DNA of 64,000 nucleotides from Trichodelitschia bisporula (taxonomy: Eukaryota), in assembly GCA_010356995.1 (NCBI GenBank), contig ML996710.1, forward strand, positions 92,455 through 156,454, in the 5' to 3' direction. Below the pieces are notes generated by a model. The model made no database searches and was not told where the DNA came from. It worked only from the letters and a program-made list of their open reading frames with translations. Each line of letters begins with the position of its first letter. Within the stretch, counting starts at the first letter, position 1. Both the position numbers and the translations under genes were made by a program. This document shows, piece by piece, positions 34,408-46,613 of this stretch.

Positions 34408-35960
34408 TCTTTACTGCGTCCATGAAACCATGTGTTGGTGACGCTGCAGTTCTTTCCAGTCCTTCGGAGGCGGAGGGAGGCCATCCTGGTGTAGCCTCAT
34501 CGGTTTCTGGCTGATGCCTGCGCTGAAAGTGGTAGGCAGAGAGCTGGTTGACTTGCTGGAGCTCGGCAAGATATGCCTCCTTTCTCTTTCTGCTTCTTGG
34601 TCCTTCAACAATATTCGAAGCGGATATGCTACTGCCGATGTCTCGCGTTGCCTGCCTTGGTTTCGATGCGGGCATCGGCGTTTCTTCTGGTGAAGGAAGG
34701 TAAGGCTCGTAAGGCTGTCGTTCTTCTCGCTGCGACGTGTCGACGACTATGACGTCTCGGATGTCGTCTGAGCTGTCGGTTTCGCTCTCGGTGTCGGTTT
34801 CGCTTTCGCTTTCTTGTTCCTCATCGAGAGTGACGTCTCGGGTCGAGATGACTCTCTTCTGGCTCGGGATCCAAATGCGAAAGATGTTCGTCGAGTCGTA
34901 TCCTACTAGGTAGCCAATCGCTGCTCTCGGCTCCAGTTTCTCTGTTCGTGGGATTTTCCTGGTCAAAGGATACGCCCTGCATCCATAAATTCGCAGATGC
35001 GCGATGCTCGGTGTCGAGACTGGTATCGCAAGTGCTTCTTGCAGGAATTGTACAGGTGTTCTCCAGTCAAGGCCTCTTGTCGGCGTCCTGTTGAGAAGAT
35101 ACCCTGCGGTCTTGTAGGCTTCTGGCCACAGGTCTGCCGGCAGTCGTGATGCGATTTGCAAGGCTCGTGCTTTCGCAATTATCACCCCCCCAGCTCGTTC
35201 AGCACCTCCATTCTGTGCTGGTGTGTAGGGAGCTGATATCTCTGTTATGATACCTTGACGTCTGGTCCACTCTCTGAAATTGTTGCCGATTGATCTCTCG
35301 CTGTCGCTGTGCAGAACCTGTATCTTTCGTCGATACCGTCGTTCGATCATGGTCGCAAACTCCTTGATGGTTGCCGTGATCTGTCCTTTCTTCGGAAAGG
35401 TATACACGAAGTGCATTCGTGTGTTATCGCAGAGGAAGTGCAAAACCCGTTCATCGCCATTGTAGGCTGGTGTCATCTGAATAAGGTCAAGGTGAATCCT
35501 CTCGAATGGCTCGGTTGATCGTGTTCGCTGGCGACGCGAAATGATCTCTTTTGCCTTTGAGACGCTGCATGTCTCGCATTGTGTAGTCGATGGTGCTCTT
35601 CCTTGGACCTCAACGCCTGTCGTGGCCTGGTCCAGGTGTTCGATTGCCTCGGGGCTTGCATGGCCTAGTCGCTGATGCCATGTGTCTGCGGTGGCCTTTG
35701 GCGTAAGTGGCTGTGCTGAACGAGCTGGAAATGCCTCCAATTCTGAGTCCCGTTGCTCGTTGTGCTCCAGTACGTATTGGCCGTAAAGCTGTTTGATTCG
35801 GCAGAATGTCGTGCCGTTCAGGGTAAGGCGGTTCGTTGCGGTATCCCATTGAATGCCCTCAGCATTGAGTCGCCTGAATGAGACAAGATTCAGCGGGAAA
35901 TCGGTGACATAGGCCACATTCGCTAGCTTCAATGTCTGCGGACCTACGGGGTGGTCAACG

Positions 35961-36174
35961 TGTCGGCATACCCAATGTCGGGATACCCGAAAGGCAGGCT
36001 TGGCACGGCGAACACCGAAGTGGCGAAGATGGACGACGCCGAAGTCCGATGAAATTCAGGAACATCCTGGAGGACCCATCACGGACATACACTGTTCATT
36101 CTGTAAACCAGAGAAGGCAACAATCTGGGCAATCAATCTTTTCTCACACAATTCTTTGAGCACTTCCGCCAACA
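35961..36174. mobile_element. 214-bp solo LTR inserted in the protease region of element D
   Basis: TGTCGG...CCAACA; TSD CAACG. Confidence 0.92.
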
Positions 36175-39100
36175 CAACGGTGACGTGAACTGTCCCGAAT
36201 CCTTCAATGGGTAAATGCTGCATGCCAGCAGCTAGGAATTGGTGTTACGAAGTGGAAGGTCTGTATTCCACGAATCGAGAGAGAGTTGCAAACGTGGGTG
36301 GTCGCTCCTGAGTCGAGGATGAAGCTGTCATGCAAATGGGAGTCGGCGGTCGCATAGGCTTTCTTAAAGCCGGCCGTTTGCAGGTTGTCCCTTGGAGCCT
36401 TTTCCTTCTCTTGCTTCTGTATTCTCTCGATGATTTCACGAAGCCGTGGGTTCTTCAGCTTCTCGTCAATCTGGCGTTGTACCTCTGGGTTCGGCTGCCA
36501 GTTCTTCTTCTTGTTCCGTACCGTCTCGATGAGATACGGGCATTGCCTGAACCTATGATCTTCGCCGCATACGCATGCCTTCTTCCTGTCGTCTTTCCCA
36601 TGCTCATGCTTGATCGTTTGGGTGAGTTCCTGTCCCTGGAAACTCGCTAGGAAAGCGTTGTGCGACGCTGCCTTGGCCTGGGCCTTGGAAATTCGCTGGT
36701 CATTTCGGAAGTACTCGATGATTTGGAAAATGTCCGGTACAGGCTGTCCTTGGTATTGCAGAAGCTGCAGGCTGTTCTTCCAGAATCCTGAAAACTGCGG
36801 TGCCAGATCAGAGACGGCATCCAAAAAATCATGAAGCGGATTGCCATCTGAAACCTCGGGCGGGTTGAGGTCTCGGCATTTCGTGTAAGCTTCTTCCCAG
36901 CGATTGAGCCAGGTATCGATTGCTTCGCTCCTTGGCCGTTTCTTGAGCTGCTGATAGAGGTTGCTCATCTCAATCTCTCGTGCTCGATCGGACGGTGCGA
37001 CTCGTTGCTTTAGTGCTAAGAGCATGTCGTAAGCGCTGTTGCAGTTGAATGTGTACGTCAGAAAGCCTCTGGAAATCGTTTCTTGAATGAAGACACGGAT
37101 GCCCCCTAGAGCGGCTTTCTTGCGGTCGTATTCCGTCAGATGCCTCTTGTGCTGCAAACGAAGGAACTTCAGCCCTTCCTTCTCGTCTGCATCAAGCTGT
37201 GCGAAGCTGGTCTTCTGAGGATTGACGGTGTTGGGCATCGGAACTTCGGGTTCGCTGAGGACCGGTATCAAGCTCGCTGGCGTTGCCGGGTTCACATAGT
37301 CCCAAATGTCTCCTGAAATTGCTTTGGTCTTGATGACTTCAAGCCAGTCATCCCAGTCGGCATGGCAAGCAAGCACGACCGGCGTCTTTCGGACTTGCTG
37401 AGCCACCATGGTTTCGTTTGTCGTTTGTCGGATGGTCAAATGCGTGACCTTAATAGGCTGTCGAGCCTATGTTCGCTCTTTCTCGGACTGTCGTTCCCGG
37501 TGAGGGAATCCAGAGAAATTCGGGCTGAAGTGGCGGGTGTTGTGGCTTTGCCGCTGTGGCAAAGATCGTCGGAGGTATTGCCGGAAATGGTAAGAATCGC
37601 CGTGATTCTACCTCGGTGGCAAAATTCGTCGTCGTGGCGCAGATCGTCGCGTTTTGCCGTCGTTGCCAGAATCCCTCGGGGATTCTATCGCATTCGCAAA
37701 AGAATCGTGGTGCCAGGAATCGGGTCGTCGTGCTGGGCTTGCTAGCAAAAGCAACCCGGGCTCATAACTGTCTGAGGGTTCTCTTCGTGGAAACTAGCAG
37801 TGGCTGCTGCTCGAGCCAAAACCAATGGATCAATTGATCTCTGACTGACTAGCTCGACCTCTGAATGAGGTCGGGAATGAGTGACTGTATACACAACGTC
37901 TGACTTCCAATATCTTCCATCGATCTGACCAATTTGTCAGGAAGAATACTCCAGATACTCAATTTGTCATCATAGAAGATTCTAGATCGTCATCCCGCAG
38001 TGGCTGGGTGTATACCGTTATTGCTCAGTCTGACACTTTGTTATTCTTTTGAAACGAGTATCTCACAGTCGCTGGTGATGTAGTTTTTGTCCTAATCAAC
38101 GACAGTGTCACTGGCAACCGTGAATACCTTTCAAGTGTAATGGTTCAATTCAAGCAATATTGCGTTGAGGAGCGGAAGAGTCAGTAAAGATAGGATGCAA
38201 GTGCTCCTCTACGCCATCTACGAGGGTAGGCGCTACCAGGAGCTCTGTCAGCTAGCACCGGCTCTAAGTAGAATTCCTCGCTCATTGACGATGGTATTCG
38301 CCAAGAGCGTCCTTGACACGTGAAGGCTCCAGGCCCTGGAGGGTCCCGTGACGGACTGATGCAACGGGTTCAGCTTCACGCCAGACAGCCCACACCCTTC
38401 TGGCTGCAAGTCACTCACCGGCCTCGAAACTTTGGTATACGTGCTGTGTACCGCTTCCCCGTCCACTGACTGCATCCCGAGTCGCATGAATGCCGTGAAA
38501 CGGGCTCCTTGCTCATCCGCCCGCATCGCTCCGAAAACGAAGAGGTAAGTGCACCGCTGTCAAGCTCGCAAACGCCTAACTTGTGTCAGGAATATCGAGC
38601 GGCCGAGGAGTTGAATACGTGAAGATGCGATCCTTCATCCTCCTCATCAACCCACTAATGGCCCGACATTGCCCGCGCGGTCTCTGTCACTGCCCGTGGG
38701 GTTTCTCTCACGGCCTCTATGCGGCGGATCCAAATGACGGATCCTTGTGAGAGAACGATATCCTTTTGCGAGGACTGTTTCCAGCCTCCGTTCATTTGTG
38801 GGATTCTTTTTGCTGAGAGGATAGGGGCATCGAGAGGCATGCAAGGGAGGACTTCACAAGTGAGTCATCGCACTGGGTGTGGAAACCTATACTGACATTA
38901 GCTTTAGGGTGTGTTCGATTTCCACCAGACAAAAATTCACATCCTTCATCTGCCTTTCGTCACTGCACCGGGCCAATGCTTCGCCTCCATGTTTGATGTC
39001 TCGTCCTTGATGCTCTTGCCTCAAAGCACTCCAGTTACTTCCACCCGCCACCTCATCATCGCTTCAATACAGGTACGCACTGGAACAATAGCGGCGCTCG

Positions 39101-39884
39101 GGGCGGTGGAAGCCGGCTAGCCTCCATGCTTCTTCGATGGAAGATTGGGGTTAGCTTGCGGCAGCCATACATATCGGTGCCGGTACAAAGCCGAAGAGCA
39201 TTGAGGTCTATCTAGCGGCCATCCCCCGCCCGCGGCGCTGAGGGCATCGCAACCCGGTGCGCGGTCCCACATGTGCTGTGGCACTTGCTGAATATCTTGC
39301 GCAGTTCCCTATGCCGCGCGCCCATGCTCCGGAGCATATTGCCCATGCGGCCTCTTGCAGCCGAAAAGCGAGCGGATATCTTGATTCCCCACGATCTTGA
39401 CACGAGCTTGCGCGTGCGGCGCGGACCCGCCTTTTTTGCTTCCTACAGTGAACACGCTCAGTGCCCCGGCGAGAGCGAAAGCCATCCGATGCACGTTCCT
39501 CGCTTCCGTCCGCGTATAACAATTTTGAGGATCAATCCATATGCAACTAGCGATCTCGGCGCTCTGTCCCACGCGCGCTCGTTTCAGTGGAGAAGGCCAT
39601 CCGCCACGGTCGTATACTGCGAAAATTCCTCATGCCTGACGTCTTCAGGCGGGATGACCCGCGCAGGCGGCATGCAAGTCATACCGGGACGACGGGCGTT
39701 TTCGAGGCGGAGGCCAGCAGACACGACATATACTTGCGGCGGCAAATGACCGCAATAGACTAAACACTTCAAGAATTAAACCAAATTGAATATTTTGGAC
39801 CTTAGATACCTAAGCTAAACACTTAGCGTTTCTTTCATTAAAACGCGGGTATCACTCTACATACACCCTCAAAACCTTGCATAC

Positions 39885-40091
39885 TGTCACGGTATGACAC
39901 CCGGTTCTGCAGCTCCATGGGCTCGCACCATCACCGGGTTTATGTGGGGCTTGGCGTTGTGCCAAGCCGCCACACTCACATTCACACACCAGGCCTACTT
40001 ACCCGCAGTCCCTGACATCTTTGCTCCGTAGCTTTACAATCTACGTCTTACCCACATCTTGATCGTGCATGCGTGATTGTTGACGGTGATA
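39885..40091. mobile_element. Old solo LTR (207 bp)
   Basis: TGTCACGGT...ACGGTGATA (terminal CA mutated to TA); TSD CATAC. Confidence 0.7.
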
Positions 40092-40198
40092 CATACATGC
40101 CTTCCATACACACCCCCCCCTAGTTACCCTATTAAAATCCGAAGTTAAATATAACGTTGTTAACTGTACTATAAGACAGGAATACAATAAGAGGAAAT

Positions 40199-40463
40199 TG
40201 TCATGGGATACCATCTCTGCCATGTGAGATCGCCACATGCCCTGTGCTGGTCACGTGACTCGGTAAGCTTGATGCCTAATCCCTGCAATTCCAGCCCGGC
40301 TGGACTTGCAGGGGTTATAACTTGGCGCTGGCTGTGCGCTAGCACCCCCAGCTCCCCCACACTCCACATTTACACGCGAAACCCTTACATAGTTCTTCAA
40401 GCTTTCAATGAATGTTATTCCACAACCAATGCTGTGCAACCAGTGATTTGTGCGCCCCTGACA
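40199..40463. mobile_element. LTR family G copy without TSD
   Basis: TGTCATGGG...CCCCTGACA; reverse complement of 46367-46613. Confidence 0.85.
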
Positions 40464-41657
40464 CCTACGCTCTGTCCGCACGCGCACCCGCTTCGAGTGG
40501 AGGAGGCCATCGGCCATGCTTATATACTGCGGGAACTCTTCATCGATAACGTCGTCATAGAACCTGGCCGGAGCGGGCGGTATGCAGGCTTCGCCGCGGC
40601 GGGCGTTCTCGGAGGCGCGCTCGTCGGTAGAGGCCAGCTCGCGCGACTTATAGTTGCGGGTTACACACTGCTCACTCTCTCCTCAATCTGCTCTTCCACT
40701 CCAAACACTTCACCATCTGTCGGAAGGCTTGATCTAGTAAGTAGGGTGGACTGTAGGTGGGCTAGCCGGACTTCAAGTTGATCTTAGAATTTACAAGGCA
40801 TGTGTTTTTCACCAACATGGCTCTCACAAAGACTTCCCTGTTTCGGCAGCGTCACAACAGGCGATAAGGATCAATGTGTTGCCCAAGGCGGCCACGATCA
40901 AGTGATTGACGCAGTCTCAACCATTCTAATTGTGCTCCAGCAGCCAGTGCAGAAAATTTGGCAGACTGATACCCAGTACCTCCCGCGCCGCCGCTCTTCT
41001 TCCCCGCTCGAGCCCGCGCGCAGCGGCGTGTCGGCTGGCGTCGCTCCCACCCTACAGCGCTCAGGTCTCCCTTCGCCGGCTAGCGAGGCATGGCGGCTGC
41101 AGGTGCCAAAAGACTCTAGATCGAGATTCAAGTCCCATGCGCAAACCATGCCCCTTCGTCAATATACGCGGAATCCCGCCGATCTGGATCGGACGCGCCC
41201 CCGTCGTAATTATCACTTTGCCACTTTATTTGCGGGAAGCACGACTAAAACTACGAGGCACGGCGCGTCCGCCGGCGCAGGATGCCTTCATGAAATTGAT
41301 GACATCTCTTGCTCAGATTTAAGGGAATACACCGGTACCACTCCCGTAGAAAGCCCCTGTGCCTAAGAGGGCGGCTCTAAGTGCCGCGAATGTCTGACAC
41401 AATCAAGCCTTCTGGATCTTCTGTTGGAACCCAGTCATGAGGTCTCACATTCATCCATCACCAGCCTTGTCAACAACAGCCTATACGCGCGCCCACGAGC
41501 ACGTACCCTACTCACCATTGCTCTTATTGAAGTATTCAGCCGGTCATTCCTAGTCCACCATTTTGAAACGCCACAACAGTGAACGCGACATGCAACACTC
41601 CAACTCGCCGCGGCGGAGCCTCATTCAACTGCGGTGCCCCGCCTTGCACGTGATACA

Positions 41658-41683
41658 CTAGACCCCGCAGATGGCTTGTCCGC
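41658..41683 (-). mobile_element. Second Helitron-like 3' terminus
   Basis: Minus strand GCGGA-CAAGCCA-TCTGC GGGGT CTAG T. Confidence 0.35.
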
Positions 41684-43789
41684 CTCACTTCAGCCTCGTA
41701 GGTGGCCTATGGACCACACGCACGCGCGCCCGAGTCCAAATCACGATGTCACTGCTTTAACGCACAGCAGGCGTACAGCAGCGCAGGTCTCTATCAATAT
41801 GTTTTAGTAGTGCTTTTCCGTGCCCCGCGGTGCCTCATGATGCGCCAGCAAAATCGTGAAACACGCCTAGCCTGGTTAGGCTCCCGCAAGCCTAATTAAG
41901 CTCCCGCACGGCTCGGGTCGATTGGGCTGAATCCGCCACCTTAACCCCCGCATACGCAGCAACTCCGCTATGCCCCGCTCCACCACTGCCACGTTACAAA
42001 TCGGCCGGCTATGGCTTACGAATGAAAAACAAATGACGTGGTAGCGAGGTGGTAATAGTTAGAGAGACAGCGATACAATCGTTATGCCTTCGGAAGCTCC
42101 TCCGCACCTTGCTCTTTGACCGACCGGTACAGCGTCGCATACCTGAATCATAGCATCATCACCATAGTAAGTCCAGCCCTATAATGTCGGGAATACCCGT
42201 TCTGATACCCATCGCCGTAGCCACTCGCAAAGCCACGGTGGCAGAAGATGTTCAGAGATGGAGTGTTTAGAAGCGCCTGTTGGAACACTTTGTAACGGGG
42301 AACTGCTGTCCGCTCTTTTCAAGTGTGAGCGACAAGTACTTCAGATTGTGAAAACTATGCGACAACTTACCCAATATATACGACTGGACTGGAGCTTGTT
42401 GATGATGAAATCCATCACATCATTGAAGACAGCTTCGTACTTTGACTCATTCAAGAGCTGAGCAACGAAGTCACTCGCGCGACGTCAGTTTGTCCGGGCG
42501 TCATGACAAGCAACTTACCGGCCAATTTTGCCGTCTATAATGCCCCTCAGAGTTTTCGCCCTCCGGAAGGCAGTCACTCTCTCAATGATGAGACGAGCAG
42601 TCTTCCAGAGCGTGTGCCACTATATATTGAAGCGGCCGAATGGCATGCCGATGAACACGGTCGCGGCTGTGCTTGATTAATCTGAATGCAAACGGAGGCA
42701 AAGTGGGGTTGAGTCACGAACCTCTCGGCGTAGGACCTTGGAATTTGGTCCTCCGAGCCTAGGGCTTTTTCTCTGCCTGTTATCGCTTTTACCCGTGGCC
42801 CATGTCAAATACGCTCCCGTTAAAACTTCAGTGCATGCTTCCGAAAGTCGCGGGAAGAAGTATGTAATGAGATGAATGATGAGCTGCCCTGTTGTGGACA
42901 AATGGTGATTGAGAGCTTGAATGATGTTTCCATACTCGTTGCGGATCATAGGGCGTCCGCAGCAACACTTGCATGCAAAGCGGTATATAGAGAAGTATAT
43001 GATGAGGTGTGTTGATGTTGAGGAAGAGGAAGAAGAAGAGGAAGATGTTGGGGATTTGGAAGAACTTTTACCTCCCGCGGTGAAGGGAGAAAGTGCTGGA
43101 GCAGTGAGTCACTTTTCGGGTTACAAAAAGGGCAGTGACGGCCCAAAGCACGTGCTGGTAGGTACCCCGCGCGGCCGCCTGATTCTGACGGTCATCAGCT
43201 TCACTGGGCTGTGGTGGGGGCCAGGCGTTGGCTGCCCCTCGACCGCCATAACAGGCAAGTACGGGAGGCTATCTATCCACTTGCCTCAGCCTAATGGTGT
43301 TGTGTACCTCTTTTGCATTGTGTCCTTGTGAATTTGAGAAGCTGCCGTAACAGGAGTCGTGGATGGAAGACATTTTTCTGCGGCCATGGAGATATATTCC
43401 CCCGAACAATGGGACCAAAAGCTATTGTTCATCAAGACTACAAGAACTGATTCTGTGAATTAAAGAGAGCCGGTGCTCAGTGACGACTGGCGTGAATATA
43501 TACGAGATTCCACGAAAGTGGAATGGGTCATAGGAGTTGAGTGGAATTCTACCGGCAGGCCGAAGGGACTGTACCCCTTATTTTGAAGGCCTTCATAAAA
43601 GCTGCCAGTAGCCACGAAAAGTTCCATTGAACTCTACGCCCTGAAACGTTGTGCGGTGAGCGGTGCACCATATCAGGGTGAAATCATATGGTAGAGTAAG
43701 AATCACAAAATTCTCCTGATTTTCCCCGGCTGTTGCATCATGATATGTATGTTCAATTTGTGTCCGATGCGGTTTCCGAAGGTCCATAC

Positions 43790-45075
43790 AGAGAGCTAGT
43801 TAAGCTAGCGGCTAGATACAAGGTAGTTATGCCAGGCCAAACCCCCCTGAAGGGACGGAGCCCTGCTTTTGGAGGAAACCCCTTTTTGATGACCTGGTAG
43901 CGCTCGGTCGAGCTCCGGGCGCCAGCCATAGGTCTTCAGTCGAGCTTGAGGTTGTTATTTAATAGAAGAGAAACTACCTAACGCTCTTGGCTTCGCAGCC
44001 ACACTTGTTCACTTATCTCCATGTGATCCGTTCCTGTGTAGGTCCAAAGGGGGTGGGTGCCGATCCCCTACGCCTTGACGCATCAGACGTTATAGGCGTA
44101 CCGGTTAGGTGTTAGGTCTAGGCCGGGTCGTCGCCGGTGGCTTCGCCGGGGCAGGCGACGATGGAGGTAGAGGAGAGGGACGTGTTAAACTTGCTCCCTC
44201 GTTTGCTCTAGGTGGAGGTAGAAAGCTCCGGAGGTCGCCCTGACTAGGCATTGGTCGGCTCTGTACGAGCGGTGGTCGTCTTCGATCGCGCTTTAGGGTC
44301 TGGGGGAAGGCAAGCCTTGTGGTAGTGTTGGGGCCGGGGGTCGCCCTCGGTAATGCCGGGACCGGGACGGTCTCCGGTTGTCCGGCTCCGTCTGTGACGG
44401 TGACTTTCTGGGGCTGTGGACTCACCTTTCGTGAAGCCTGGCGTTTGCTAGATGAGAGGGAGCGCTGGTGATCTACACGTGCCGTCTGCTATATGGCAGA
44501 TAGGGTGGGCGTTAAGGTGATTAATACCCTGGCTCTACTCCGGCTACGCATTAGACGGACGGACCGTCGAAGGTACGAGTGTAGCTCCGGCGGTCGAGTG
44601 CTCGGTTGCTGAGCTAGGGCCGGCGGAGTCGACGTCTATCTCGTTGGGGTCGGTGGCGGAGGAAGCGTCGGGCGCGCTCCGGTCTAGGGCCTTGCCCTTC
44701 TCCGCTTGCTTTGCTTCCGCCTTCTTCTTCCTGTTGTGGGTGACCTTGATCTATACGTTTGGGGGGGGTCCGCGGCCCGGCCCGGTGTCGGCGTTGCGTC
44801 GATTGATTTCTGGTCGGTCTCTATAGCTGGTCGGGTTCTTGAGGCGGTACATCGTCTTAAGGCATTTGGCGCGCAGCTCTGCGAGCTGCTTGTCGTAGTT
44901 CGTCCACTCGGGACAAGCCGTACGCTGGTCTGCGTTACGGGTATGCGTCCTCGCCAGCGCTGGCTGGGTGCAGACAGCGCACTTCATCCGGCGTGCGTCT
45001 CCCTTGTGGGGACAGGCGGAGGCCCGGTGCTCACGCACGCAGTAACCGCAGTGCGTCTCTCGTCGACATGTGTTG
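43790..45075 (-). mobile_element. Degenerate Tad1-like LINE fragment (ORF1 zinc knuckles), TpA-enriched
   Basis: CGYCVREHRASACP...KCAVC...H...CP tandem knuckles; many TAG/TAA stops and TpA dinucleotides. Confidence 0.55.
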
Positions 45076-46366
45076 CATCGTGATATGCAGAAAGTCGAGT
45101 CACTCGGACGGAAATTCAAAGGATGGAAGTTTCTTGCAACTCAACAGGATAGTCCGGGAGCATCAGGTTGATGCTCTCAACCTGAAAGCGCATATATGTC
45201 TGAGAAACGCCAGTCAAACCCTTTGACATGAAGAAGTTGATGGTTCGACATCTAAGGATGCATTCCGCTCCATTCTATATATCTAACATTCCCAGTGGGC
45301 CAGCGAAGAGGCATCCCTCCCCATCAATCCATTTCGCCACGCCACAGACCCGCTTTGCTGAGGAATTTGGACATGCTGCATTGCTACGGCCGTTGACGGC
45401 GGCGGCGGGACAGCCGCCGTTGAAGTAGTAGACGCAGACGTCGAGCGTGAGAGGACCGCGCCGCATGAAGAAACGGATGGGTTTTGGCTTACGGAGGCTG
45501 TTCGGATTGATGATCCGAACCAGCCATTGAGTCTGAGTTACTGTCTCACCGGAATTGATGGCATGTTTCCGTCTTCATACGCGGCTTCGTCGTTAGCAGT
45601 GACCGTCTCATGATCCACCGTGTTTTCCGAGGCGTCGTGAGAACACTGGTCCGTGGTACGAAGGCTGTCGCCGGCACCATCACTGATAGATGCAAGCCTG
45701 CCAGAGGAGAATATTCGGGCTTTCATAGAGGGAACGCCTTCTGAGGCTGAATGTCAGGAGTGGGGTCGCTGTTAGGGGACGGCGTTGCCAGCTGAGAATG
45801 GAACGAAGAATGAACAGAGAGGATGTGTTGACTGGTGTTTTCAAAGGTGGCCACTGCTGATGTTGGGCTTGGGTTCCCGCACAGTGTCGGGGTCAATTAT
45901 GCGGATCGGAACATTTGCCTGAGTGACGGTGTGGTTGGAATGGTTGCCGGCCTCATCGTCCATGACCTGGTCCTCGGTAGTAGCCGCTTCGTGGCCCAGC
46001 GGGTGGTCCTGAGAAGAAGTTGGACCGCGTCACACTTGTCAGTTTCGGTAATGCCAGAGTCCGAACTTTTGAAAGGTGTTGTATCTGTCATGGTCTGAGC
46101 ACGCCAGGCCCTGCCAGGGCGTTGTTGAACCATACTACGTGATGCAGCCGCTCGGTGCCAAGCCCAGGGCACTGCCACCCCACACCTGCATTTCAGTTCT
46201 AGACCTTCGACATTTCCTCTTCATAGCAGTATTTTCTGTCATACCCGCATTCAGTGCATTCGATGTCCCAGACGTTGCCCGTGACATTATCGGAGAAGCC
46301 ACAGAGTCAGAACTATTTAAAGGTGTTTATCAGAGAAGGCGCAGAGCCCGAACTCTTGAAAAGTGT

Positions 46367-46613
46367 TGTCATGGGCGCACAAATCACTGGTTGCACAGCA
46401 TTGGTTGTGGAATAACATTCATTGAAAGCTTGAAGAACTATGTGAGGGTTTCGCGTGTTAATGTGGAGTGTGGGGGAGCTGGGGGTGCTAGCTCACAGCC
46501 AGCGCCAAGTCCTCACCCCTGCAAGTCCAGTCGGGCTGGAATTGCAGGGATCAGGCATCAAGCTTACCGAGTCACGTGACTTGACATGGGAGAGATGGTA
46601 TCCTCCCATGACA
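46367..46613. mobile_element. Solo LTR family G (247 bp)
   Basis: Perfect 9-bp terminal inverted repeat TGTCATGGG...CCCATGACA; TSD AGTGT. Confidence 0.92.

Larger units (their letters stand above)
32901..38035 (-). mobile_element. Ty1/copia element D with both LTRs (37769-38035, 32901-33167), PBS 37758-37768, gag 37439-36204, integrase 35932-34410, internally rearranged RT/RNase H
   Basis: 267-bp LTRs, GTTATGAGCCC PBS, G-rich PPT; CVCGEDHRFRQCPY, ILDSGATTH, WHQRLGH, RIHLDL, QNGGAER, RHVDINHHW motifs; CTTT abuts both outer ends. Confidence 0.93.
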
